Below are positions 9,169-18,747 of a DNA stretch of 64,000 nucleotides, in pieces. Position 1 is the first letter of the stretch, and each line of letters opens with the position of its first letter. The notes under the pieces are model-generated. The model made no database searches and had not been told where the DNA came from. It saw only the letters and a program-made list of their open reading frames with translations. Both the position numbers and the translations under genes were made by a program. This stretch comes from an uncultured Verrucomicrobiae bacterium (GTDB lineage: Bacteria > Verrucomicrobiota > Verrucomicrobiia > Limisphaerales > Palsa-1400): positions 256,001 to 320,000 of the forward strand of contig CAVPOM010000006.1 in NCBI GenBank assembly GCA_963707025.1, read 5' to 3'.

Positions 9169-10656
9169 TTAAATAAGGGAAGCCTTTCTTTTGGCCCGGG
9201 CCAGACGGCGGCGTTTATTGCGGCTCCAGGGCTGGCGGTATTGATGCCGCGATTTGTTCAAATGGGGGTATTTGGATCGTTTCTTGACAGCGCGCGGCTC
9301 CGCTCTTCCCGGACGCCTGGGCACCAGATCGGTCGCCAGCCTTCGGAGCAGCCGCTGCCATAATTGGCGGCGCCGTCCCCCTTTGTTCCGGGCGTGTCCG
9401 AGTTGTGCCAGTGCCTGCGTCCATTGCCGGAAGGCGTCCAGGCTGCCTTTGAAACTGATCCGATCCAAGTCCACGTTCTGGCTTTGCGCGGCTTCGGCCA
9501 TGATCCAGCGCAGGAAATTATGGGCGGTGAGGAAGAGCAGGAGTTCTTTCTCCACCATGCGGGGACAGAGGCAATGCAGGCTCTGCATGCCCAGGGTGGT
9601 TTTGAGATCGTCCAGGCACAGTTCCATGCGCCAGCGCCGGGCATAAGCGGCCGCCAGTTCCTCCGCTGGAAAAAGCGCCGCATCCAACAGGGTCGTGACC
9701 AGGGTCAGGTGGCGGGTGCGGAAGCCGGCCCGGCTCAGGCGCGCGCGCAGCACCCGCACCGTGATCTGCGGCGGCAGTCCGAGCCATTCCAGGAACGAAA
9801 GCAGGGGCGAAGGCCGGCCGGGTTTGGACCAGGTAAAGAGCGCGTCCCAGTGACCCAGGCGTTGGCGGGCCTGGCGGAAATCCACCTTGCGGTTGCGCAC
9901 GGAGACCCGCGCGAGCAAATCCACGCCCAGGAGTTGGAGGACGGCGGCGATAATATAAACCCCATAGGCGCGGTCGCCCAAGAGGATGTCGCCGGGGTGC
10001 AAAGCCGAGCGCAAGCCGTGGAGAAACAGAGCCAGTTCGGAGGAGCGCAGGCTGCCGGTGGCTTTGGCCAAAAGGGCGCCGCTGGCGGCGGAGAACAGAG
10101 CCACCACGCGCAGGTGGGGAAAGCCGCCGCCGGGCTGCAGGCTTTGGCTGGGGGGAAAGGCCGCCCGATTGGCCGGGGTGTCGGGCAGGTGGGTGCCGCT
10201 GCCATCAACCGCTTTCAACGGGCGGCCCTGTAGCAGCGTACTGGCCGGGGCGCGCTTTTCGGCGCTGTCGGCGCTGGCCGCGAAGGCTTGCTCCAGCAAG
10301 GCCAGGGGGAGTTTGGCGCGGGCCTGGCAATAGGCGCTGCTGTCCGGCTCCGGTTCCGGGCCTTGGACCAAGGCCAGCAGGGCCTGCACCTGAAGGACGA
10401 CGTGGCGGCAGGAAGTGTTGGCTTGGAAGACTGGCCAGACCCAGCACCACCAGGTGCGAACCAGAGTGTAAACCTGCTCGCGGGAGTAGTCGCCGGCGGC
10501 CGGTTTTCGCAGGAGGTCGGTGGGCAAGGCGGGAGCCAGGCGGTCCTCGATCTGACTCAAGGTGGCGTGACGGAGGCGCGCCAGGCTGTGGGCACAGCGG
10601 CGGCCCGCCGCCGCCAGACGGGGCCGCCAGGCCGGGAAGAAGGGGGTGTCGGGCAT
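9169..10656 (-). CDS. IS4-family DDE transposase
   Basis: AYCQARAKLP, AVDGS, LLGDRAY, YARRWRMELCLDDLK (YREK-type motif), RPGRAEPRAVK. Confidence 0.93.
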   Translation of the reverse strand: MPDTPFFPAWRPRLAAAGRRCAHSLARLRHATLSQIEDRLAPALPTDLLRKPAAGDYSREQVYTLVRTWWCWVWPVFQANTSCRHVVLQVQALLALVQGPEPEPDSSAYCQARAKLPLALLEQAFAASADSAEKRAPASTLLQGRPLKAVDGSGTHLPDTPANRAAFPPSQSLQPGGGFPHLRVVALFSAASGALLAKATGSLRSSELALFLHGLRSALHPGDILLGDRAYGVYIIAAVLQLLGVDLLARVSVRNRKVDFRQARQRLGHWDALFTWSKPGRPSPLLSFLEWLGLPPQITVRVLRARLSRAGFRTRHLTLVTTLLDAALFPAEELAAAYARRWRMELCLDDLKTTLGMQSLHCLCPRMVEKELLLFLTAHNFLRWIMAEAAQSQNVDLDRISFKGSLDAFRQWTQALAQLGHARNKGGRRRQLWQRLLRRLATDLVPRRPGRAEPRAVKKRSKYPHLNKSRHQYRQPWSRNKRRRLARAKRKASLI

Positions 10657-10705
10657 AAGGCGGTATATATACCGCCTTATTGACACGTCTGCTACTCTTT
10701 TCTTT

Positions 10706-11053
10706 ATGCCGACTCACAAAACAACCCGGCCAGCCCAATGGCAGGCCCAATACGCCCAATTACGCGACCGGCTGGCCAGAACCGGCTGGATCAGCGAGGG
10801 CTACGTGCAAGACCGCGGCCCCGGAGCAGGCGGCCCTTGTTATCAGTGGACCCGCAAGGTCAAAGGCAAAACGGTCAGTGTCGCTCTCTCCAAAGAACAA
10901 TATGAGTGGCTCCATGACGCCATTGCCGAGTGGCGGGAGGTGCAAGCCACCATCAAAGCCATGCAACGCTTGAGCCGTCAGGTCTTGTTTGAAACCATCC
11001 CGCATCCCCCGCGTCGTAAGAGGCTGGGTAAGAAAGTTTTAGGTCTTATTTAA
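10706..11053 (+). CDS. IS-associated accessory protein (DUF6788-like)
   Basis: GPCYQWTRKVKGKTVSVALS motif; stop codon lies in the right IR. Confidence 0.75.
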   Translation: MPTHKTTRPAQWQAQYAQLRDRLARTGWISEGYVQDRGPGAGGPCYQWTRKVKGKTVSVALSKEQYEWLHDAIAEWREVQATIKAMQRLSRQVLFETIPHPPRRKRLGKKVLGLI

Positions 11054-11262
11054 GCGCCATTCCCCGAGGACGGGCGCACTCCTGCAGCGTTCTTGCGCCT
11101 GATTCCGCTAGCAGTGTCAAGATGCGCCCGTGTCGCGAGGCTGGCGGGACTGCTGCTTTCAATAGCCAGGATGCTCCGCCCGCCGCGCGCCGACTCCGCC
11201 CAACCCGCCTCTTCACCGTTCCAAACCCCCAATGAAAACCCTTGCGCAGCCGCTTTGCGGGG

Positions 11263-11727
11263 TCAGCCACCTTGACCGCCAACTGTGCCGCGTTTGATCT
11301 CAACCAGCGGGCCGCCTGACTGGACCGGCCCGCCTGATCCATCCCCGCTTCTTTTACGCTCCACTCCGTAATGGAAGCCCGCCTCATCTTGGTATCCCAT
11401 TGGAACGAGCCTGTTGAGGATGGCGGCCCGAAGCGTTTGCAGATGCGCCAGAGCCGAAACCTTGCCGCCCGGCGCTGATTCGTCCATGGCAGGGGAAAAG
11501 ACAGCCGCCGTGCCCGAGTCCGCGACGCTGCCGACGGCGCCGGCGACGGGTTGCAGTCGAAACGATTTTAAAACCTCCGCCAAACGGCGCGCCGCATCTG
11601 CGGTGGCCTTGCGCGCTTCGATAAGCTCATCCAGCTTTTGTGCGGCCTGGATCGCCAACTGGGGGAATTTCGCGTCGGCGCTGCTCAATTCAATCTGCTT
11701 GTTCTCGAATCCGGGATTGTTTGTCAC
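11263..11727 (-). CDS. Hypothetical protein (possibly chimeric)
   Basis: GGAG RBS before GTG start; co-oriented with the upstream RHH gene. Confidence 0.5.
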   Translation of the reverse strand: MTNNPGFENKQIELSSADAKFPQLAIQAAQKLDELIEARKATADAARRLAEVLKSFRLQPVAGAVGSVADSGTAAVFSPAMDESAPGGKVSALAHLQTLRAAILNRLVPMGYQDEAGFHYGVERKRSGDGSGGPVQSGGPLVEIKRGTVGGQGG

Positions 11728-11776
11728 AAGGCGCTCCTTTCTGTGCGTGTTTCGCGATCATGCAAGAGGAACTTAT

Positions 11777-11980
11777 TTACAAGTCCGCCGGATGTTTGCG
11801 CACCAGCGTGCCCTCCCGCAGGAGATTGCGCATGGCTTCCGCCAAGAGGCGTTCGGCGGCTTCGGACCTGGTGTTGCCGAAGTAACCAGTCGCCACCAGC
11901 TTTTCCAAATCCCGAACCAGGGCCGGGGAAGTGGAGATTGTGACCTTGATGGTCGGGTGCGCGTTGCGTGATCGTGGCAT
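11777..11980 (-). CDS. Ribbon-helix-helix (CopG-like) DNA-binding protein
   Basis: IKVTISTSPALVRDLEKLVATGYFGNTRSEAAERLL. Confidence 0.7.
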   Translation of the reverse strand: MPRSRNAHPTIKVTISTSPALVRDLEKLVATGYFGNTRSEAAERLLAEAMRNLLREGTLVRKHPADL

Positions 11981-12135
11981 GTCAATACGGCGGTTTTAGT
12001 TGAAAACAAGCATATATTTAGCCATTTGTTATGGAATTGCAAGCACTTTTTTGAGGTATTTTCGGCTTTACCGTGTCGCCGCTTCCACCCATGCATTGTC
12101 CAGCCAGGCGGTGTGAAATGTCCCGGGGTAATTCG

Positions 12136-14355
12136 TCAGCGGCGGCGCTGCCGGCGGGGGAAATGTTGGCCCGGATGACGGCTAGGCGCGGGGTCGCCCG
12201 GCCTGCCGGCGCGGCGGACGGGAGGGGCGGCGGGGCGGGCGGGGGCGGAGGGGACGAGTTGGAAGTCAACCTGCTTTTTGAAGGTGTCCACTTTATAGAC
12301 CTGCACGGTGAGCCGGTCGCCCAGCTTGATGATGCGGCGGGTGCGGCGGCCCACCAGATGGCCGCGCGCCTGATCGAAGATGAAAAAGTCGTCCTGGATG
12401 GAGGACAGATGCACCAGGCCGCTCATGCCCAGGCCCGGCACGTCCACAAAGAAACCGAAATTGCGGGCGTCGGTGACCAGGGCCGGATAGGGTTCGCGGC
12501 GGCCCGATTTCAACTGGGCCTTGAGGAAGGCAAATAGTTTGACATCCTTGCTGTCGCGCTCGGCGTCGGCGGAGTTGCGCTCGGTTTCGGAAATGTGCAG
12601 GGCGGTTTCCTTGAGGGAAGGCAGCGAAGGCCCGAGGCGGTCAAAGAGGGCGCGGTGGACCAGCAGGTCGGCGTAGCGGCGGATGGGCGAGGTGAAATGG
12701 GTGTATTTGGCCTTGCTCAGCCCGTAATGGCCCAGCGGTTCGACGGCGTAGCGGGCGCGCATGAGGGATTTGAGAAAACCGATTTTCAGGGCCGGGCCGA
12801 CCGGCAGGTCGTTGAGGCGGCGCATCAGTTTCTGCACCTCGCCGCGCTGGGCCAGGTTGCCGCAGGGGATTTGATGGCTGAGCACCTCCTGGCGGTATTC
12901 CTGCAAACGGCGCTCGTCGGGCGGTTCGTGGACGCGATAAATGGCGGGACGGCGCAAGGCCATCAAGCGCGCCGCCACCGCCTCGTTGGCCAGGAGCATG
13001 TATTCCTCGATCAACTGGTGGGAGACGTCGTTCTCGATGCGTTCGACGCGCAGGAGGCGGCCCTGTGGGTCCAGACGGATTTTCGAGTCGGGAAAATCCA
13101 GGTCGAGCGAGCCGGCCTTGAAACGGGCGCGGCGGAGGTGCTGGGCCAGGGTGTGTGCCTGGCGCAGCATCCGCTCGATGGCCCCGTCCGGCGACGGGCG
13201 CTGGATGACGGCCAGCGCTTCCGGGTAAGTGAAGCGGCGCGCGGAGCGGATGACGGCGGGATAAAATTTGGCGTTGAGCACCCGGCCATCGTCGGAGAGA
13301 AGGAACTCGACGCATTTGGTCAGGCGGTCCGCGCCCGGTTTGAGGGAGCAAAGCTCGTTGCTCAAGGCCTCGGGCAGCATGGGGATGACCCGATCCACCA
13401 GGTAAGTGGAATTGCCCCGCAGGCGCGCCTCCGCATCCAGCGCGCCGCCCGGTTTGACGTAATGGGAAACATCGGCAATATGCACCCAGGCTTTCCAGCG
13501 CCCTTCCCCGGCGCTCTCCAGGCAGATGGCGTCGTCAAAATCCTTGGCGTCGTCGGGATCAATGGTGATGACCGGGTGGGCGCGGCAATCCACCCGTCCG
13601 GCCAGATCGGCCGGGGAGGTGTTCCCCGCCGTGCGGCCCCGGGCCATGAGTTCGGCTTCGTGCAGCGCGTTTTTGGGAAAATGGAGCGGCAAATTGTATT
13701 GACGCAGGACGGAAAGCATGTCCACGCCCTCCTGGTCCGGCTGGCCCAGGACTTCGAGGATCTCGCCTTCGGGATTGGTATGGCGCGATTCCCAGTGGCG
13801 GAGCCGGACCACCACTTTGTCGCCGACGCGGGCCGGCTGCGCGGCGTCGCGGGGCGGGCTGACGTAAATGTCGTGCGGGATGCGCGGATCATCCGGGATG
13901 ACGAAAAGAAACTGTTTGCTTTGCTGGAGAGTGCCGACCAGGTGTGAGCGTTTGCGCTCGAGCACGCGGACGACGGCGCCGGTCAAGGGGCCGCCGGCCG
14001 GGCGGCGGGCGGCGGGCAGGACCTCGCGCCGCACCAGAACGCGGTCGCAATGCATGGCGGTGGCGGTGGCGCTTTCCTCCACCACAATTTCCTGGAGGGC
14101 GGGGTCATCGGGTTGGAGGAAGCCGCGACCCTGGCGGTTGATGCGGATGACGCCCGGCACCAGGTCGGCCTGTTGGGCCAGGATATAGCGGTTGCCCTTG
14201 GTGCGGACAATCCGGCCGCTTTTTTCCAGGAGATGCAGCGCCTGCTGCAAGGGCTGTTGCTCATAGGGGCGCAGTCCCAGGCGGCGGAGCAACTCCGGGA
14301 CGTTGCAGGGCACGTAGTCATGCCGTCCCAGCAATTTGAGGATGTTATCGTCCAT
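12136..14355 (-). CDS. rnr: Ribonuclease R
   Basis: TIDPDDAKDFDDA, HIADVSHYV, YTHFTSPIRRYADL, C-terminal S1 domain. Confidence 0.95.
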   Translation of the reverse strand: MDDNILKLLGRHDYVPCNVPELLRRLGLRPYEQQPLQQALHLLEKSGRIVRTKGNRYILAQQADLVPGVIRINRQGRGFLQPDDPALQEIVVEESATATAMHCDRVLVRREVLPAARRPAGGPLTGAVVRVLERKRSHLVGTLQQSKQFLFVIPDDPRIPHDIYVSPPRDAAQPARVGDKVVVRLRHWESRHTNPEGEILEVLGQPDQEGVDMLSVLRQYNLPLHFPKNALHEAELMARGRTAGNTSPADLAGRVDCRAHPVITIDPDDAKDFDDAICLESAGEGRWKAWVHIADVSHYVKPGGALDAEARLRGNSTYLVDRVIPMLPEALSNELCSLKPGADRLTKCVEFLLSDDGRVLNAKFYPAVIRSARRFTYPEALAVIQRPSPDGAIERMLRQAHTLAQHLRRARFKAGSLDLDFPDSKIRLDPQGRLLRVERIENDVSHQLIEEYMLLANEAVAARLMALRRPAIYRVHEPPDERRLQEYRQEVLSHQIPCGNLAQRGEVQKLMRRLNDLPVGPALKIGFLKSLMRARYAVEPLGHYGLSKAKYTHFTSPIRRYADLLVHRALFDRLGPSLPSLKETALHISETERNSADAERDSKDVKLFAFLKAQLKSGRREPYPALVTDARNFGFFVDVPGLGMSGLVHLSSIQDDFFIFDQARGHLVGRRTRRIIKLGDRLTVQVYKVDTFKKQVDFQLVPSAPARPAAPPVRRAGRPGDPAPSRHPGQHFPRRQRRR

Positions 14356-14431
14356 GAATGTCAAGAGGGCGAGTATGGCGCAGAAGGGAGGGAGAGGGAA
14401 GGGGAGAATTTTGGCCATCCGAGAATTTGGG

Positions 14432-14630
14432 ACATCGCGTTAGTGATGGGTGGCAGGGCGCGCACTCCGTGCGCGCCGCGGCGGGAAGTCCCGGCGTGGC
14501 GGGACCCTGCCTGTCCCGGCCCGCCCATGACGGACGCATTACGGTTTTGAATTGGGGATTGGGGACAATGGTTGCGGCACGCCGTATTGGCAATCCACCG
14601 ATGTCACCGGCGGTCATAGACCGCCGCTAC
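14432..14630. repeat. REP-like palindrome cluster
   Basis: gcagggcgcgcactccgtgcgcgccgc (14453-14479) and cggcggtcatagaccgccgctac (14608-14630), related to copies elsewhere in the window. Confidence 0.7.
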
Positions 14631-14683
14631 AAGGAGCATTCGGGGTTGCATAATCTTGGGGGTTCCGTAGGCTGGGCGTTGTC

Positions 14684-15583
14684 GTGCCAACCAAACGAGG
14701 ATCCATCCATTTGTTCCGCTTTGCGGGAATAGATGTGTATTTGCACTGGTCGTGGTTTGTGCTGGCCGTCTATGGCATCCAGATGCTCAAGGAGTATTTT
14801 TCCAGCTATTTGTGGCCGGCCCTGGCCTACGGGGCGCTGTTTGCCATCGTCACCTTGCACGAATTTGGCCACGCCCTGGCCTGCAAACAGGTGGGAGGGC
14901 GCGCCGATCAGATTGTGCTCTGGCCATTTGGCGGAGTGGCTTATGTGTCGCCGCCGCGCCGGCCCGGCGCGACCCTGTGGTGCATCGCGGCCGGACCGCT
15001 GGTCAACGTCGGGTTGTTCCCCATCCTGGCGGGAACGACGCTGCTGGCGCAAAGGCTCGGCTGGCCTCATTTCGCGCCGGACGCTTACCAGTTCACCGTG
15101 ATCTTGTTGTATATTGATGTGATGCTCCTGGTCTTCAATCTGTTGCCCATCTTTCCGCTGGATGGCGGGCAGATTCTACAGTCCTTGCTTTGGTTTATTT
15201 TCGGTTATGCGCGCAGTCTGATGATTGCGGCCTCCCTGGGCTTGGTGGGAGTGGCGGTGTTGATCCTGTTTGCGATCAACCAACATGCCTGGTGGCTGGG
15301 GGTGATGTGCGGGCTGGTGGTTTTGTATTGCTGGAGCGGCTTGCTGCGGGCGCGGGTTTTGTCGCGTCTGGCGGCGGCGCCAAAACACCCGGGTCTGGCT
15401 TGTCCGGCCTGCCGGGAAGCGCCGCCGGCGGGACCGGTTTGGATGTGCGGGCGCTGTCGCCAGGGCTTCGATGTCTTCGCCTCCGGCGGGGTCTGTCCGC
15501 ATTGCGGCGCGCAAGTCGCGGAGGTGCCCTGCCTAGCCTGCGGGACGGCCAGCCCGATCCAGGCCTACCAAACCCCGGTTTAA
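14684..15583 (+). CDS. M50 site-2 metalloprotease with C-terminal CxxC zinc ribbon
   Basis: HEFGH, AGPLVN, FNLLPIFPLDGG; four CxxC pairs. Confidence 0.9.
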   Translation: MPTKRGSIHLFRFAGIDVYLHWSWFVLAVYGIQMLKEYFSSYLWPALAYGALFAIVTLHEFGHALACKQVGGRADQIVLWPFGGVAYVSPPRRPGATLWCIAAGPLVNVGLFPILAGTTLLAQRLGWPHFAPDAYQFTVILLYIDVMLLVFNLLPIFPLDGGQILQSLLWFIFGYARSLMIAASLGLVGVAVLILFAINQHAWWLGVMCGLVVLYCWSGLLRARVLSRLAAAPKHPGLACPACREAPPAGPVWMCGRCRQGFDVFASGGVCPHCGAQVAEVPCLACGTASPIQAYQTPV

Positions 15584-15741
15584 GGCAAAGCGCGGGCGCG
15601 ATTGCCAAAGGCCGCCGCTGGAATGAATACGGATGGAATCCGGGCGTCTTATGTAGTAGAATCAGCCAGCGGTCCGAAGCCATGAACGCGGCGAATTAAG
15701 CTTGTGCCGGCGTTTTAAAAGCAAGCAAACTCAATAAAGCT

Positions 15742-17578
15742 ATGAATCCCAAAACTTTTGGAGGTTCGATCTGGCTCCTCTTGTTCGGAGCGGCCTCGGT
15801 TCTTCTCATCGGCGCCTTCACCCGGTTGGACAGCGGCGGCCAGCCCGACGGCGCGGCGACCAATGCGCCCGCCCCGCCCCCCGCGGCGGCTGGCGCGGAC
15901 TTTTCCGCGCTGGACCCGCCTCCCGCGCCCGCTTCCGCCGGCGCGCCGATGCTGCCGTCGGACTTGTCGCCGGGCCTGGAGGAAATCATCAAAATGGCGC
16001 AGGCGCATATCGCGGAGGACACCATTCTGGCTTACATCCAGAATTCCGGGCAGAGCTACAATCCGTCGGCGGATGAAATACTTTATCTGTCTGATTTGGG
16101 CGTGACGGACAAGATTGTGGCGGCGCTGTTCCCAAAGCCGGACGCCGCGCCGGCCGGCACTGCCGCGCCGGCGGCCCCGCCCGCCGCCGTCCTGGCGCCC
16201 GAGCCGCCGCCGGCGCCGGCCGCCGGGAGCCCGGTGACCGGGGCCGCGCCGGACAGTATGATTGACGCGCCGCCGGCCGCGGCGGGGGAAGAACCGCCCC
16301 CATTGCAGAATCCGCAGGACAGCTATTTTTACGACAGCCTGGCGCCCTATGGGAGCTGGGTGCAGACGGCGGAGGGGTGGGCCTGGCAACCGATGGTGGC
16401 GTCGGTGGATGGGAACTGGCTGCCTTATCGGGACCGGGGGCAGTGGGTGCTGACGGACGACGGGTGGTATTGGGCGTCGGATTATTCCTGGGGTTGGGCG
16501 GCTTTTCATTATGGGCGATGGAGCCAGGACGGGCTTTTCGGATGGGTGTGGGTCCCCGGCCAGGTCTGGGCTCCGGCCTGGGTGGCGTGGCGGAACACGA
16601 CGGACGGCTTCGCCGGCTGGGCGCCGTTGCCGCCAGGCGCGCATTTTCGGCGCGGGGCCGGGCTGTTCGCCGGCGCGGGGCTGGGCGGGTTTAATGTCAG
16701 CTACGGATTGAGCGCCTCCTCCTTCACCTTCGTGCCGCAAAATCATTTTCTGGCCCGCAACCCGGGCCGGTTCGCCGCGCCGGTGTCGCGGGCGGCGGCC
16801 CTGTTCCAGAGCAGCGCGCCAGTCAATAATTATTCCTTCTCCGGCCGGAGAATCCTCAACCTGGGCGTGAGCGCCGAACAGATTGCGGCGGCGACGAAGG
16901 CGGCTGTGCCCAAACTCGCGATCAAGGATGTTCCCTCGCCCGACTCCGCCGGCGGCCGGAACGCGGGCCGGAGTTTGGCGGTTTTCCGCCCGAATGCAGC
17001 CGGGCCGGCTGTCCGGTCATCGGCGGAGAAGCCAACCCAGCCGGTTTTGATCAACAAGACACCGCGCCCGGTCACGACGGAGGCGGCTATGCCGGGGGCG
17101 GTTTCCTCCCGTCCGGCCACGGTGGCGTCGGATTATTCCGTCCCGGCGCTGCGCCCAACTTACCCTGCGTTGCCGTCCCAGCCCGGTTTGATCAGCCGCA
17201 ATTTGCAGCCTCCGGCCGACCCGGGCGACGCCGTTCCCAGCCGTGCCCGCCCTGCCTGCGGGCGGACGGCTCTCTTTGACAGGCGGTGGCGAAGTGCGCC
17301 GCATCCCGTCTCCATCCGGGCCGGCGCCGTCCGCAGGCTATCCGTCCTACAGCCAGCATGGCGTCAGCCCCGCCCCTCCGGCGCTGCCGGGAAGCGCGCC
17401 GTCCTACAATGCGGCGCCGCACAGTTCACCGGGCTACAGCGCGCCTGCCTCCGCCCCGCAACACAGCGCGCCGGCAATCGCCCCGGCGGAAAGCCATGGC
17501 GGGGGCGGACAGGCTAGCCAAGGCGGCGGGTCGGCGGGGTCCAATTCGTCTTCCAGCTCATCCAAGCCGTCCAAGTAA
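15742..17578 (+). CDS. Exported Pro/Ala-rich protein with Trp-rich DUF6600-like domain (frameshift near 17250)
   Basis: Signal-like N-terminus; FYDSLAPYGSW...YSWGWAAFHYGRW...WAPAWVAW; tail continues in frame 17243..17578. Confidence 0.75.
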
Positions 17579-17673
17579 ATGGCGGCGGTTCTGGCGAGTC
17601 TCAACGCGGCGGCGAACAAGGAGTTTTGAGAAGGAAAGGTGACAAAAAAGCGCCGCCTGCCTGGTCAAGTCTT

Positions 17674-18584
17674 TCAGGCCGGCGGCTTGTTCTGGGCGTC
17701 GTTGCGCAAGGGCTTAATCTTCTTCGCCGATTGCGCGAGCGAGAGGTAATTCTCACTGGTCACAACCTTGCGTCCGCTCTTCCTTTCCAGTTCGCGACGG
17801 GCATTGCCAGCCACCGCGCCGCCGGCATGGGCGGTTTGTTTGTTCTGCGGAAAGCCCTGGGCGTCGCGGGTGCGGGCAATTTCGGTGGTGGAGGCTTCCC
17901 CCAGCATGGAGAAGATCAGTTCGAGGTCCGTCATGTGGTCGCGCAGGTTTTCACGCTTGAGACGCTTATATTCGGCGTATTGGCTGGGCGTGAGGCCGAA
18001 GGCGGCTTTTCAGATTTCAGCGGTGAGTATGGCGTATTCGCGCTGTTCTTTGACCCCGCGCTTTTTCCACTCGTCGGTCAGTTCGTCACGGATGGCAATG
18101 GAGCGCATCCGTTTCTCGATCCAATCGTCGGAATAGCCCTTGGCTTTGTAGAGGGCGCGGGTGCGTTTGGTGGCGAGCTCCGGGTCTTCAATTTCCTGGA
18201 TTCGTTCGTAACCCACCCTGGCCAGCCAGCGTTTGAACGGCTCAGCCTTGGGGCTGGGGATGGATTGGATGAGGCGGAAGATGCCTTCGGTGTTCCAGCA
18301 TTGAAGTAACTGGCGTCCGCCGGGCGTGTCGAATTCAAGGCCAAGGGGGGGGGCAATTTGCCCCCCCCTTTGAGGGCTTCGGCCAGGGGCAGATCACGGC
18401 GGCGCATATCTCTGAAATAGCCTTGCGGATTTGCCGAATCGGTCAAGGCCGCAACAACCTCGGTGATGACAAACCACCATTCATTGTTGTGAATGGCGCG
18501 GCGGACTTCCTTTCGCTGGAACAGGGCGATGTGGGTTTCGGGGTTTTGCCCGGTGTCATTCACGGTTTGTTCGCCGGAAATCAT
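17674..18584 (-). pseudogene. Bro-N domain (antirepressor-like) protein, disrupted
   Basis: VRRAIHNNEWWFVITEVVAALTDS; IQSIPSPKAEPFKRWLA in another frame; NLRDHMTDLELIFSMLGEAST; homopolymer frameshift near 18365 and in-frame TGA at 18010. Confidence 0.8.
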
Positions 18585-18747
18585 GCCCGGACATGTTCCT
18601 GAATTGCAAGCCTCTCTCCCGTCGGAAAACAGCGGCCGTCGCCGAGGTTATGGCGGGACAGCCGACAAGGGAACGCGCAGGGATAAGCAAAGGTTGCGAA
18701 AATTTGCCGAAAGCAAATGAAATCGCCACCGAAAATTGACGGATTAA

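Larger units (their letters stand above)
9160..11062. mobile_element. IS4-family insertion sequence, complete, two divergent ORFs
   Basis: IRs gaatggcgcttaaataag / cttatttaagcgccattc; direct repeat cccgaggacggg at 9148-9159 and 11063-11074. Confidence 0.92.
9032..11129. mobile_element. MITE-like element (about 183 bp when empty) with 20-bp terminal IRs and an internal REP pair, interrupted by IS4
   Basis: gggcgcatcttgacactgct (9032-9051) / agcagtgtcaagatgcgccc (11110-11129) form a perfect IR. Confidence 0.75.

Noticed and set aside
17674..18584. Prophage, suggested by Bro-N and the Mu gp27-like gene
   Set aside because: No structural, packaging or phage integrase genes; both genes are isolated among housekeeping loci.
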